64,000 nt of DNA, from IMG/VR virus record IMGVR_UViG_3300033402_000312, one strand, 5' to 3'. Numbering within the stretch: the first letter of the stretch is position 1; the number at the start of each line of letters is the position of its first letter. Origin of the DNA: a virus. Positions 34,069 to 44,162 of the stretch are shown one piece after another. A model generated the notes under the pieces. It was not told the DNA's origin. It saw only the letters and a list, made by a program, of their open reading frames with translations, and ran no database searches. The position numbers and the translations under genes are program-made.

Positions 34069-34740
34069 ATGCTGGCATTCTTCGACGGGTTGCTCGCCGT
34101 GGGAACCATTTGGTTCTGGCTTTTCGCTTTCGCGGTCGTCGCTGTCATCACCGCGTTGGTGGAGAACGACGAAGGTGCCTGGGCTACGTTGGTCTTCGTC
34201 GGCACTGTTCTCTCCCTTCAATTCTTTTCCAAGATTCCCATCCTCAACTACATGAAGCGAAATCCTGGGCACACCTTGGTGTACGTGGGCATCTATTTTG
34301 CGATTGGCATCGCTTGGACGCTAGTCAAGTGGTATTTCTTCGTCCATAACCAAATCGTGAAGTACAACGAGTTCAAGCGTGCTTTCCTGAAGGGGAAGGG
34401 AGCCGACACATTGACTCCGGCTCTTGCTGCCGAACTGGCAGACGAAGCAACGCGCCTCAGCGGTTACGACCGCAATGTTGCCGCAGCACCAGACCCGGCT
34501 AACCACAAGAGCGATTTGACCCGGTGGGGTACTTACTGGCCTTTTTCGATGATCGGTACCGCGCTCAACGACATCATCCGCAAGGCTTGGGAATATGTCT
34601 ACGAAATACTGCAAACAACCTATCAGCGGATGTCCAAGGCGGTCTTCAAGACGGCGGAAGCCGACTTCAAGATGGCGCAGGAATATAAAGCCCAGCAGGC
34701 AGCCACAGGTCGTTCCATCCCTCGTCGCGACCGAGACTGA
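34069..34740 (+). CDS. membrane protein
   Basis: Four hydrophobic helices in N-terminal 120 aa; charged C-terminal tail. Confidence 0.55.
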   Translation: MLAFFDGLLAVGTIWFWLFAFAVVAVITALVENDEGAWATLVFVGTVLSLQFFSKIPILNYMKRNPGHTLVYVGIYFAIGIAWTLVKWYFFVHNQIVKYNEFKRAFLKGKGADTLTPALAAELADEATRLSGYDRNVAAAPDPANHKSDLTRWGTYWPFSMIGTALNDIIRKAWEYVYEILQTTYQRMSKAVFKTAEADFKMAQEYKAQQAATGRSIPRRDRD

Positions 34741-34767
34741 TCCTAGCGAATCAGTAGTTTAGGGGGT

Positions 34768-35073
34768 TTGGTGACAGACTGGCTCAAGCGGTTCCGAACG
34801 TTCATCGGTTGGGACATAAACCTTCAGATGCGCCCGAACGAGGCCAAGGTCACGCTTCAGTACCTCGACCGTCTCGAACACCTGTGCATGCCGAATCCCT
34901 CGGAGGGCGAGGCGACCAAGGCCCGCTCGCATTTCCTGCTCCGGCACTATTCCGGCAAGCGCGAAATCCTTTGGGCGAACACCGAGACGCGGGAGCTTGC
35001 CCCCCTGTCCTTTTTGGCTTCCTACAGGGGACATCCCGAACGCTATCCCGATCTCGAAATAGGCAGCCGATAG
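34768..35073 (+). CDS. hypothetical protein
   Basis: 101-aa ORF. Confidence 0.4.
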   Translation: MVTDWLKRFRTFIGWDINLQMRPNEAKVTLQYLDRLEHLCMPNPSEGEATKARSHFLLRHYSGKREILWANTETRELAPLSFLASYRGHPERYPDLEIGSR

Positions 35074-35102
35074 AGTATTAGGCTCATGGAGGTACCATCC
35101 CT

Positions 35103-35333
35103 ATGAGCATGGACGAAGCAGGCAGCGGAATCCCGCTGGAAACGCCCGAAGCCAAGAAGAAGAACACCCGCAGCCGATCTGCCAAAGTGCGCAAGCACCT
35201 CGTGACGAGCGCCTACAGACAAGACATCGCTGCCAAGCTGGACACGCTTTACGCGGCGGGGCACACTATCCTCGCTATCGTACCCTCCGGGGATGTCCGG
35301 GGCTTCGAAGTCATCAGCTACTCGGAGGAGTAA
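35103..35333 (+). CDS. hypothetical protein
   Basis: 76-aa ORF; RBS-like GGAGG upstream. Confidence 0.4.
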   Translation: MSMDEAGSGIPLETPEAKKKNTRSRSAKVRKHLVTSAYRQDIAAKLDTLYAAGHTILAIVPSGDVRGFEVISYSEE

Positions 35334-35335
35334 CC

Positions 35336-35995
35336 GTGGATCAGGCACTCGTTTCCCGGCTAGGGAGAGTGCATGCCACGGTCTCATCTATTGCCCAGCG
35401 GCTTGAGTACGAAACCGCGACCGTCGCACGCCTGTCAGCCCGCATCAAGCAGCTTGAGGAAGAAAAAACCGAGTTGGTGAAGTGCGTGGGCACCATCGAC
35501 CGCTGCGTCCAGATCGTGTCCGCGAACGGCATCGGGAAGATTGAAGGCGTCGTGTCGGACGGTCTGCACCGGGTCTTCGGGAATGATCAGCTTGACCTCT
35601 TCATCGAGAAGAAGGAGACCGCGAGGGGCAACACCTACCGCTTGCTCGGGCGCGACGGCGAGACCGTGGGCAGCCTCATGGACTCGTTCGGCGGCGGCGT
35701 GCAGAACGTGGTTGCTTTCCTGCTGCGCATCATCATGATCAAGCGTTTTCGGCTTGCGCCTTTCATCGCTCTCGACGAGCAATTCTCGAATGTGTCTTCC
35801 GAGTACCAGCCCAAGGTGTCGGAAATGCTGAAGGTGCTGTCCAAGATGGGCTTCACGATCTTCGCCATATCGCACCAACCCACCATCACTTCCGCTGCCG
35901 ACACGACATACGAAGTGGTGGTTGACGAGGGCTTTCCGCCCGTCCTGCGTAAGGTGAGCAGTGAACGATCCATTGATCAGCAAAGTCAAACTTAA
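35336..35995 (+). CDS. SMC/SbcC/RecN-type ABC ATPase C-terminal half (coiled coil + signature + Walker B + H-loop), no Walker A
   Basis: Coiled-coil N-terminus; signature-like SFGGGVQNVVAFLL, Walker B FIALDEQFSNVS, H-loop FAISHQP; no P-loop in this ORF or its neighbours. Confidence 0.55.
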   Translation: MDQALVSRLGRVHATVSSIAQRLEYETATVARLSARIKQLEEEKTELVKCVGTIDRCVQIVSANGIGKIEGVVSDGLHRVFGNDQLDLFIEKKETARGNTYRLLGRDGETVGSLMDSFGGGVQNVVAFLLRIIMIKRFRLAPFIALDEQFSNVSSEYQPKVSEMLKVLSKMGFTIFAISHQPTITSAADTTYEVVVDEGFPPVLRKVSSERSIDQQSQT

Positions 35996-36401
35996 GGCGC
36001 TGGAGGAGATCATTGCGGCGGCGCGTGAAACAATCCACCGGCACAGGCGTCGGTTTCTCCAGCGCAATCTGCGCCCTTGCCCGCAGAACTGCAAGGGTGC
36101 TACCATGCTGGGATACAAGGTTATCGGCTGCGTGAACTGCGGAAGCCCGAACGGGGAGAGGTGTATTAAAGAGGACAAGTTTGTTCCTTTGTTCACGAAG
36201 GAAGAGCTTGCGAAGCAGTTTGCCGACCAGCTTCGGGACCCGGAAATCCTTCTTCGCGAATACCGGGACGTGACTGTCTTCCTGTGGGTTTTGGGGGCTT
36301 TCAATAAACAGGAACAGCAGGTAAACAAAGAGATTATTGCTGGCATAGAGGGCCACAAGAGTGCCAAGCAAGAGAACAGCCGCAACACAAGCCAGAAGTA
36401 G
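35961..36401 (+). CDS. hypothetical protein with CxxC pairs
   Basis: 146-aa ORF overlapping upstream gene by 35 nt. Confidence 0.4.
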   Translation: MNDPLISKVKLKALEEIIAAARETIHRHRRRFLQRNLRPCPQNCKGATMLGYKVIGCVNCGSPNGERCIKEDKFVPLFTKEELAKQFADQLRDPEILLREYRDVTVFLWVLGAFNKQEQQVNKEIIAGIEGHKSAKQENSRNTSQK

Positions 36402-36435
36402 CCGCTTTTTCCAATAAAACCCAGTATCTAGTCGT

Positions 36436-36771
36436 GTGGGCGACGCCGAACTCATTCGGGAGCTTACTGAGGCCGTTCGCAGCGACCCGGTTGCGCCTGT
36501 CTTAGAGCAGAAATTCGACCCCACCGATCCTGTGGCAATCGAGATCATGCTGTACGAGGCGGACTTCGCCGTCGAAAGCTATATGGAAAAGTGGAAAAGC
36601 TTTCGCGACAGGTTTTCCGACCCGTCCGTGTACGACGCCTTCGTTCTCGACTACCAGATGAGGGTGCGCAAGGACTTGAAGGCGATAATCGCCACCGCGC
36701 AGCAGTTCATAGCCGATGCGGTTGAAGGCGAAGAAAAAGACGAAGATGACGAGGAGGCCTATGAAGAATAA
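36436..36771 (+). CDS. hypothetical acidic protein
   Basis: 111-aa ORF, Asp/Glu-rich tail. Confidence 0.45.
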   Translation: MGDAELIRELTEAVRSDPVAPVLEQKFDPTDPVAIEIMLYEADFAVESYMEKWKSFRDRFSDPSVYDAFVLDYQMRVRKDLKAIIATAQQFIADAVEGEEKDEDDEEAYEE

Positions 36772-36970
36772 AAAACAGGAGCTAGAACGCATCAAGCTGG
36801 CTTACCTCATCAAAAAGTACGGCGAACCGATTGGTGTTGATGGTGAGGTAGCGTATCGAATTAAGTTCCCGGCGTCCGAGGTGTTCAAACTGGCAACTAA
36901 AAAAATCACTGTGATGCCAGCAGACGAGCCGCCATCCATGAGTTATGTCATGTTGGAGGAAGACACGTGA
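36761..36970 (+). CDS. hypothetical small protein
   Basis: Internal ATG 36761 overlapping previous stop. Confidence 0.35.
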   Translation: MKNKKQELERIKLAYLIKKYGEPIGVDGEVAYRIKFPASEVFKLATKKITVMPADEPPSMSYVMLEEDT

Positions 36971-37305
36971 GAGACAGGACGAAGCGGACGCTTACGGTGG
37001 TCATCGAAAACGTGACTGAGGCGCAGGAGATCGCCCTGAACGATCTGTTCGCCACATGGCAGAGCCTCGGCGGGCTTGGGTCCTCCCGCTGGACGGCGTT
37101 CTACGCCGATGGCGACGGCGACTTCAGACCGAAGATCACGGTCAACGGCGAGAAGGCCAAGTTCACAGACCTGCTCCCGCGAAAATTGATGTGGGAGTCG
37201 GACTCCGTGGTCGCTGGCTCCTTCGAACGCAACGACAACGCATACAAGATCGACTTCGACTGGGTCGGGTGGAAGCTTCAGGAGAAGGAAGATGCCGAAA
37301 ACTGA
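36967..37305 (+). CDS. hypothetical protein
   Basis: 112-aa ORF; ATGA overlap. Confidence 0.45.
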   Translation: MRDRTKRTLTVVIENVTEAQEIALNDLFATWQSLGGLGSSRWTAFYADGDGDFRPKITVNGEKAKFTDLLPRKLMWESDSVVAGSFERNDNAYKIDFDWVGWKLQEKEDAEN

Positions 37306-37996
37306 TGGGATTGTTTACCGAATTACGAACATTCGCAACGGTAAAGTGTACGTCGGTAAGACGAACGGGACGATTGCCCGTCGCTGGACAAGACATGTTG
37401 CAGAGGCGAAGAGAGGAACGAACACGCGTCTCTATAACGCCATGCGCAAATACGGTGTGCAGGCGTTCGAAATCAGCCCTATCGAAACGGTCTTGTTTAG
37501 CGGATTGTCTGACGCGGAGCGTGAATGGATTCAAAAACTTAAGTCCCGTGATCCAAAGCTTGGTTACAACATTACGCCGGGCGGGGACGGTGCCGGAGTC
37601 GGACCTGACAACCCGAATTACGGCAAACCTGGACCCAACCGTGGGCGAAAATTTCCACCGGAATTTGGGCAGAAGATTAGCCAAGCAAAGAAGGGCACCA
37701 AGGTCTCTGAACAAGCGCGGCAGAACATCATCAGGGGATTGACAGGGCGAATACCAACGGAGGCAACACGTCAGAAATTAGCCCAAGGAAAACGGGGCGC
37801 TCTCAATCCAAGCTGGAAAAAGCCTCATTCTGCGGCGTGGAAGAGGCAAAACAGCGAAAGATTTAGGGACAGAGTTTGGATTAGCTTGGGCACATCGGAG
37901 ACCAAACGAGTGAAGTCTTCGGAGTTGCAAGAATACTTTGAAAAAGGTTGGATACAAGGGCGATGGAATCGAAGAGCACGCATGCAGTCGAGATAG
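37292..37996 (+). CDS. GIY-YIG homing endonuclease with NUMOD-like repeats
   Basis: GIVYRITNIRNGKVYVGKT (GIY...YVG), R and E catalytic positions; repeated GKPGPNRGRKFPPE / KKGTKVSEQARQN motifs; low-GC island. Confidence 0.8.
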   Translation: MPKTDGIVYRITNIRNGKVYVGKTNGTIARRWTRHVAEAKRGTNTRLYNAMRKYGVQAFEISPIETVLFSGLSDAEREWIQKLKSRDPKLGYNITPGGDGAGVGPDNPNYGKPGPNRGRKFPPEFGQKISQAKKGTKVSEQARQNIIRGLTGRIPTEATRQKLAQGKRGALNPSWKKPHSAAWKRQNSERFRDRVWISLGTSETKRVKSSELQEYFEKGWIQGRWNRRARMQSR

Positions 37997-39180
37997 TTCC
38001 CGTGGTGTTGGAGCGGCACCCCAACGCAGACAGCCTCAGCGTTGTTCGTGTCTGGAACTTCACTGTGGTGGTGCGGACAGAAGATTGGATCGGTGTAGAG
38101 AAAGCGGCCTATGTGCCTCCTGACAATATTTTGCCCGACAAGCCCGAGTACCGCTTCCTGAAGAACACGTCCGTCCTCCGCAAGGAGCGCGAGGAATTGG
38201 AGACCAAGCAAGTCTTGGCTGGAGACCCGAGGTGCGGCAACCCGCATTGGGAGCTTCTCAGAGACTATGCCCCGGAAGAGTACGCCCAAAAGCTGGCCGC
38301 CATCGAAGCCAAGATCGACGCGAATACCAAGCACCTTCGCATCACCGTGAAGAAGCTGCGCGGCATCGTCTCGATGGGCATGCTGCTGCCAGCGCCGGAA
38401 GGCTCACAGATTGGCGACGACGTGGCGGGGCAGCTTGGCGTTACGCACTACGAGCCGCCGTCCATGGAAGAGATCGGGGGCCGCAGGCAGCACGCCGGGG
38501 ACGACGTCGCCCCCGCCCCGCCGATGATCTACGCTCCCGCGTACGACGTGGAGTCCATCTACAAGTATGCGGACTGCTTCGAGGCGGGCGAGCCTGTGTA
38601 CGTGTCCGAGAAGATTCACGGCCAAAACGGGCGTTTCGTGGCGACCGACAACGGCAACGAGACGGTCGAGGAGCACCCCGAAACCGGATACTGGAAATGG
38701 TCTACTCCCGTGACTCTGCACGCTGGCTCCCGCACTGAGTGGAAAAAGAAGGAGGGAGGCTCCAACTGGTGGAAGGTGCAGGAGCAAAACCCGTGGATCG
38801 AGAAGTGGTGCTACGACAACCAGGACTGCGTCCTCTACGGCGAGGTCTTCGGCTGGGTGCAGGCGCTCAAGTACGGCGCGAAGCCGGGGCAACTTTTCTT
38901 CCGCGCCTTCGACGTCGTGGAGGGCACGGAGTTCTGGGACGCCGAGAGGTTCCTCGCCGAGATTCCTAAGGACTGGCGTGTGCCGTGCCTCGGGGTCATG
39001 CCATTCGACTTCGAGGGATTGCAGGCTTTGGCGGACGGGACGTCCTTGGTGCCGGGTGCCGCCAACCAGATGCGAGAGGGGATCGTGATCAAGCCGCTCA
39101 AGGAGCGCAAACACTGGAAGCTGGGGCGCGTTGTCTTAAAATTGGTCTCGAATGAGTACCTAGAAAAGTCAAATCGATGA
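37948..39180 (+). CDS. ATP-dependent RNA ligase (Rnl2/RnlB-like) with N-terminal extension
   Basis: Motif I KIHGQNGRF, motif III LYGEVFG, motif IV REGIVIKP, motif V WKLGRVVLKLV. Confidence 0.8.
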   Translation: MDTRAMESKSTHAVEIVPVVLERHPNADSLSVVRVWNFTVVVRTEDWIGVEKAAYVPPDNILPDKPEYRFLKNTSVLRKEREELETKQVLAGDPRCGNPHWELLRDYAPEEYAQKLAAIEAKIDANTKHLRITVKKLRGIVSMGMLLPAPEGSQIGDDVAGQLGVTHYEPPSMEEIGGRRQHAGDDVAPAPPMIYAPAYDVESIYKYADCFEAGEPVYVSEKIHGQNGRFVATDNGNETVEEHPETGYWKWSTPVTLHAGSRTEWKKKEGGSNWWKVQEQNPWIEKWCYDNQDCVLYGEVFGWVQALKYGAKPGQLFFRAFDVVEGTEFWDAERFLAEIPKDWRVPCLGVMPFDFEGLQALADGTSLVPGAANQMREGIVIKPLKERKHWKLGRVVLKLVSNEYLEKSNR

Positions 39181-39560
39181 GGACAGAGGGTATTAACATG
39201 AAGAGCCAAACAGCCATGGAGCAGGAATCGTTTTCGAGGCTTCGCGACGCGGTGAAGAGCCTGTACTACTCCGCATATTGGACACCTGACCGCCCGGTGG
39301 ATGCGGAAAAGCTTTGGACGGATGTCCGCGATGCGGCAGGATTCACTGAGGGGAATTCGCCGAAGGCCATCCCGTTCGACGGCATCCGAGCAACCTACTC
39401 CGTGGATCGCTTGCGGCAGATGGGGTGCCTCGCCAGCACCAAAAAGGGCAGGTTGTTCGGGACCGCCGAGACCCGCGCCCTCCTCCTGCTGTACGGGCAG
39501 GAGTTGCAGGACAGGCTCGACGCCGCCGTTCGCCAACTCCTTGAGGAGAAGCTGGGCTAA
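39177..39560 (+). CDS. hypothetical protein
   Basis: 127-aa ORF, ATGA overlap. Confidence 0.45.
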   Translation: MRTEGINMKSQTAMEQESFSRLRDAVKSLYYSAYWTPDRPVDAEKLWTDVRDAAGFTEGNSPKAIPFDGIRATYSVDRLRQMGCLASTKKGRLFGTAETRALLLLYGQELQDRLDAAVRQLLEEKLG

Positions 39561-39778
39561 TGCCGGGCGAAAATAAGCCGGAGCCGAGGATAATCCTGTT
39601 CATTCAGGATCACGCGGGGAATCACAACTTTGAAGAAGAATGCTTCATGCGGGATGTGGCTAAGGCTGAATTTGAAAGAATCCGCAAGGCTGGCGGCTAT
39701 TGGACAAAAGACGGCGATGACGACATCTTCGTGCCGTGGCATTGCGTGGACTACGCTCGCATCAAAGAGAAACGGTAA
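39560..39778 (+). CDS. hypothetical protein
   Basis: 72-aa ORF. Confidence 0.4.
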   Translation: MPGENKPEPRIILFIQDHAGNHNFEEECFMRDVAKAEFERIRKAGGYWTKDGDDDIFVPWHCVDYARIKEKR

Positions 39779-40060
39779 ATGCCTGACCTGCGCTCAATCG
39801 CGAACCAGTACCACCGCGCCGCCAACCGGATAGCCGCCCGCGCAGACCGCGTCGGTGAACTGACCGAGAACCAGCGCCGCGCCATCGAGTCGTTCCGCGA
39901 CTGCGCGGCCAAGGTCGAGGCGCTCATTCGCCCCGAGGATTCACTCCCGAAGGATGCCATAATTACGACAAACATTATTGAAAACCTTACTCCCCAGAAA
40001 AAAGTCAAGACCCGCGACAAAGCGGCAACCCCACAGGAGCTTTTGGAGAAAGCACAATGA
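39779..40060 (+). CDS. hypothetical protein
   Basis: 93-aa ORF. Confidence 0.4.
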   Translation: MPDLRSIANQYHRAANRIAARADRVGELTENQRRAIESFRDCAAKVEALIRPEDSLPKDAIITTNIIENLTPQKKVKTRDKAATPQELLEKAQ

Positions 40061-40419
40061 TCAACAAGGAAGACGACCCCACAAACGAACTGGACGCTGT
40101 GACCACCGAGCACTTGGAGGTCACCGGCGAGGACGACGGAGAGTTAACCGAGGAGCTTGCCGACACGGCGGTCATCGAGCAGCTTTTGGACACGTTCGTC
40201 GGGGAAGTGGGCGACATACTCGATCTTGCAGTCGAGGTGTCGATGGAAGGGAACCCTGTGCGCACTCACCTAGACCTCGTTACTGCAAGGCAGGACATTG
40301 TCGAGTTGGCTCAGGAACTGAAGCAAGAACTCATTTCCAAGGTTGCTGTCCGTGCGGAAGAAATAGCCGAGCAGGGCCTTAACCTGCGCAAGCAGGTAAT
40401 CGAAGAACAGGAGAGCTAA
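40057..40419 (+). CDS. hypothetical acidic protein
   Basis: 120-aa Asp/Glu-rich ORF. Confidence 0.45.
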   Translation: MINKEDDPTNELDAVTTEHLEVTGEDDGELTEELADTAVIEQLLDTFVGEVGDILDLAVEVSMEGNPVRTHLDLVTARQDIVELAQELKQELISKVAVRAEEIAEQGLNLRKQVIEEQES

Positions 40420-41609
40420 TGTTCGCACGCGGCTCATGGGCTATCTTCGGCATCAAAGCAGACTCCGAGACGGCTTTCGCCAGTAGCCTCGACGACTCCT
40501 ACAAAGTGAGCCAGTCCTTGGCTGCCCAGAAAGCCAAGGACGACAGCGTCCCGACCTATGGCATCAACCCCTACGAGTACCCGCGTTTTGACGAAAGCCG
40601 CCTGGATTTAGGCGTCACCGCCGACGAATTCAGGCTGGGCGACCACGTATACGGGTTCTGGTTCTGCCTCAATGGCTTCGAGGACGTCACCGACCCCAAG
40701 TCCAAGCAGGAGGGACTCGCCTATGCCAACATGGGCAAGCCCTTCAAGTTCCTCAAGAAAGAGGAAAAGGCGCATGTGGATTCGCTTGTCGCAGCAAGCG
40801 CGGTGGCGTCGCGCAAGCAGTTTCCCGTCCTGATCGACTTCGCCGAGGAGCGCGTGTACGCGGAGACCACCAAAGCCGAGGAGATTGGCGACCTGCGCAG
40901 GCTCCTTGAGGTCATGGGCGCGACGCCCTACAACCTGACGTGGAACTTCGGGAGCGCCGACTGGCCCTTCCGGTTCCTCGCCAAGGTGAACGAGGGGAAC
41001 AGGTACCACAAGCAGATGAAAGACCGCGCCGACGAGCTTAGCCGCTTCCATGCGAACGAGGTCGAGAAGCTGGAGGACAAGATGGTCGAGTCCATCGTCT
41101 CCGGCTACTTCGCCATGTCCGAGCTTGAGACAGGGCAGTGGGCGGGGCTGTCCACCCCGGCGAAGATCAGGCTGTTCGGAACGTCAGACCCATCGGCGGA
41201 GTCCGCCGTGAGCACCGCGTTCACGCTGCTTGAGCTTGTGGGCACCGCGACCGTCGCGGCGTCTGCGGTCGTCTTCCAGAGCCTCGACTCGAAGTTCAGC
41301 AAGAAGGGCGAGGAGAAACAATACCGCACCGACCTGTTCGCCATCGACATCAACGACAAGGTCAACATCTCCGACGCCGGGGCTGCGGCGCTGCGCGGCT
41401 TCGACCTGCCGCAGTACAAGAAGGACATGAAGCGGCTTGCCAAAAGCGGCGAGGTGCCCATCAGGGTCTACTGGTTTGACTGGCTCGTCGCCATGAAAGA
41501 AGCAATCCGCCTCTTTGCCGACAACATCACTGAGACGCTGCATGTGGACAAGAAGCTGGGGCTGAAAGCCTATGAGGCGGAAATCGAGGAAAAAGCGGTG
41601 AAAGTCTGA
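40419..41609 (+). CDS. hypothetical protein
   Basis: 396-aa ORF, protein-like; no motif recognised. Confidence 0.55.
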   Translation: MFARGSWAIFGIKADSETAFASSLDDSYKVSQSLAAQKAKDDSVPTYGINPYEYPRFDESRLDLGVTADEFRLGDHVYGFWFCLNGFEDVTDPKSKQEGLAYANMGKPFKFLKKEEKAHVDSLVAASAVASRKQFPVLIDFAEERVYAETTKAEEIGDLRRLLEVMGATPYNLTWNFGSADWPFRFLAKVNEGNRYHKQMKDRADELSRFHANEVEKLEDKMVESIVSGYFAMSELETGQWAGLSTPAKIRLFGTSDPSAESAVSTAFTLLELVGTATVAASAVVFQSLDSKFSKKGEEKQYRTDLFAIDINDKVNISDAGAAALRGFDLPQYKKDMKRLAKSGEVPIRVYWFDWLVAMKEAIRLFADNITETLHVDKKLGLKAYEAEIEEKAVKV

Positions 41610-41626
41610 AAGGAAGGTAGTCAATT

Positions 41627-41827
41627 ATGGAGAGTCTGATGATCAAGGCGTTTAACACGTGGTACGACAACCTGCAAGAGCCTACCCGCTTTTTGACGGC
41701 GATGGCACTGATCATGGCGGGCATCGTGCCCCTCAGTCTCGGCTACGGTCCCTTGCAGTTCGCGGCGGCGGTCTACCTCGCCACGCTCCTCTTTGTCCGA
41801 ATAAGAGGAAAGTATGGGACTGTTTAA
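41627..41827 (+). CDS. small membrane protein
   Basis: 66 aa; RBS AGGAAGG upstream; one TM helix. Confidence 0.35.
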   Translation: MESLMIKAFNTWYDNLQEPTRFLTAMALIMAGIVPLSLGYGPLQFAAAVYLATLLFVRIRGKYGTV

Positions 41828-42026
41828 GTGGCTGGGAATCCACGAGCATGAATGGTCTCCGTGGAAAACGGTGGCTAAGGGAGACATTCACTTCGGGCTA
41901 CCTCCTCTCATCCAAATATTCACTAAAGACCCGCGTTGGTACGTTGGGGGAGAAATGAAGAAGCAAGAGCGGACGTGCAGAACATGCGGTCTGTCGGAAG
42001 TCAAGACCGAAAAGATGTACTACTGA
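41814..42026 (+). CDS. hypothetical protein
   Basis: 70-aa ORF. Confidence 0.35.
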   Translation: MGLFKWLGIHEHEWSPWKTVAKGDIHFGLPPLIQIFTKDPRWYVGGEMKKQERTCRTCGLSEVKTEKMYY

Positions 42027-42220
42027 TGAGCGAAACACTGAACCTGATCGCGGGCCACAAGTGGTATGTGCGATTCAACCACGACCATAGCCGGTTAGAA
42101 TTCATCCCGCTTCAAACAACAGACGGTTACATGTTCACGGAAAAAGAATTGCGCACGCTGGGCGAAATGGGCTATTCAATTCCCGTGCCGCCTAAAGAGG
42201 GGTTGAATGAGGAAGTTTAA
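42026..42220 (+). CDS. hypothetical protein
   Basis: ATG 42026 overlapping previous stop (TGATG); 64 aa. Confidence 0.35.
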   Translation: MSETLNLIAGHKWYVRFNHDHSRLEFIPLQTTDGYMFTEKELRTLGEMGYSIPVPPKEGLNEEV

Positions 42221-42385
42221 GAAAAACCAGGTAGTCAACGGTCCGGCGGGTCTCGGTATTGTTCAAAAGAGATTAAAGGGCCCTTCCGACGATGACACCC
42301 GTTATTTCGTGGGTCTTGGCATGTGCGGGATATGGGCGCACTGGAGCAAGATTCGACCTCTCACGAAGAAACAGATTGGATAACT

Positions 42386-42820
42386 ATGCCGCAGCTTGAG
42401 GTAGCGACAATCGTGATGAAGGATGCGGTCAACGTCCTGATCGGGAAGCAGAAGGACGGCCCGGACGCCGGGAAATGGGTGATTCCCAGCGGCCTCATCC
42501 GGGAGGGCGAGCGCATGATCGAAACGTGCGAGCGCGTGTCCATCGAGGAGACGGGAATCGTGGTGAAGCCCAAGCAAGTCCTTTTCCTGTCCGAGGTGCT
42601 CAAGCCGGAGCACCGCACGGCGGTGTTCTGCTTTGCCGACTACGTGAGCGGCGAGCCTTCGCCCGGCGCGTCCCTGACCGAGGTCAAGTTCGTAGACCCG
42701 AGAACCCTCGGCGACTACCAGAAGGAAGGCATGGCGGAGCTTACGGAGGATGCCTTCTTCAAGTTCAGCATGGTCCTCAGAGGGCAAGCGGCGGCGTCCC
42801 CAACATCCGGCATAGTTTAA
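42386..42820 (+). CDS. Nudix hydrolase
   Basis: Nudix box GKWVIPSGLIREGERMIETCERVSIEETGI (G-x5-E-x7-REUxEExGU). Confidence 0.75.
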   Translation: MPQLEVATIVMKDAVNVLIGKQKDGPDAGKWVIPSGLIREGERMIETCERVSIEETGIVVKPKQVLFLSEVLKPEHRTAVFCFADYVSGEPSPGASLTEVKFVDPRTLGDYQKEGMAELTEDAFFKFSMVLRGQAAASPTSGIV

Positions 42821-42960
42821 TTGGAAACTGAGTATTAGGTGTTATCGCGTTCCACCTTTCCTTGCTGCAAGATTTGTCAGAGAGCAAAGATGGCGATGCC
42901 TTATTCTGAGTTTGTATCCTATCTTCATCGGGTTAAGGACTTTGCGGGGATTCCTGCCTT

Positions 42961-44094
42961 ATGAATTTAATTGCACAACGACCTACATCTTGGGGTGGCA
43001 TTGTCGGCCAGCAACGAGCCATAACAGTACTTCAAGCGGCTTTGCGCAACCAAAGATTTTTGACTAGGGGCATTATTTTACACGGACCAGTTGGGGTCGG
43101 AAAAACTACTGCGGCGTATATTTATAGTAAAGCCCTCATGTGCACCGGGGAGAACTTTCTTGGCTGCGGGGAATGCCCCTCTTGCCTGCTTATCCAGAGC
43201 GACGGCATAGACAAGCACCCGGACTTCATCGAAATCGACGGCGCGGTCAAGCCCGGCGTGGAGGGCGCACGCGAGACCATCGAGTCCACGCTCACGCTTC
43301 CCGTCCTCGGCAAGCGTCGCGTGACCATCGTTGACGAAGCGCACTGGCTGAGCGCCGAGGCTTGGAGCGCCTACCTCAAGACGCTGGAGTCCGGCGAGAC
43401 CGATTCCATCTTCCTGTTCGTGTCGCAGGACTACGGCAAGATTCAGAACAGCATCCGCACCCGGTGCATCCGCATCGCCTTCGAGCGCGTGGGCCAAGAC
43501 GTGCTTGTCGGGCATCTTGCGAACGTCGCCGCCAGGAACGGGATCGCCTGCGACCTGGACGCCCTGAAGCTCATCGCCCGCGCTTCCAAAGGGATCGTGC
43601 GCGATGCGGTGCAGCACCTCAACACGTGCGGGGCGCTGGGCGTCAGGGTGGACGCCGGGGTCGTGCGGCAAGTGATCGATACGACGCTGGACGACCTGTG
43701 CGAGAAGCTCCTTCAGACGATAGCGGCACGGGAACAAGTAGAGGCGATGAGGCTGGCTGACGAGCTTGTCCGCAAGGACATGCCGGGCAGGGCTGCCGAG
43801 CGCATGCTGTCTTTGTACAGCCGGGCGATCTACACCGAAGACCCGCAGCTTCGCAAGATATACCTCGGGCTGCCGGACGTCAGCGCTGTCGCTGGGGTGC
43901 TGGTCAAATGGGCTGCCGTGCAGCACGCCCCGGCTGACATCGTGACCATAATCGTGTACGAGTTGCTCAAAACCCAAAATGCCGTTAGGGCGCTTCCCGT
44001 GGAATCCTCCCGTAATAAGCCCCAGCGGCCGGGCCAAGATGCGCCCACACGCCCGAGATCGCCTCTAGAAGCCATGCTGGACGAGGCGGTATAA
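42961..44094 (+). CDS. clamp-loader ATPase subunit (DnaX/RFC-like)
   Basis: Walker A ILHGPVGVGKTT, Zn module CGECPSC, Walker B TIVDEAH, SRC-like motif TRCIRIAF. Confidence 0.75.
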   Translation: MNLIAQRPTSWGGIVGQQRAITVLQAALRNQRFLTRGIILHGPVGVGKTTAAYIYSKALMCTGENFLGCGECPSCLLIQSDGIDKHPDFIEIDGAVKPGVEGARETIESTLTLPVLGKRRVTIVDEAHWLSAEAWSAYLKTLESGETDSIFLFVSQDYGKIQNSIRTRCIRIAFERVGQDVLVGHLANVAARNGIACDLDALKLIARASKGIVRDAVQHLNTCGALGVRVDAGVVRQVIDTTLDDLCEKLLQTIAAREQVEAMRLADELVRKDMPGRAAERMLSLYSRAIYTEDPQLRKIYLGLPDVSAVAGVLVKWAAVQHAPADIVTIIVYELLKTQNAVRALPVESSRNKPQRPGQDAPTRPRSPLEAMLDEAV

Positions 44095-44162
44095 GCAGTA
44101 TTAAGGGTAAGGACGACAGCGCTAGGAGCGGGTTGCAACCGAAGACGTAAAGCAAGGCGACG

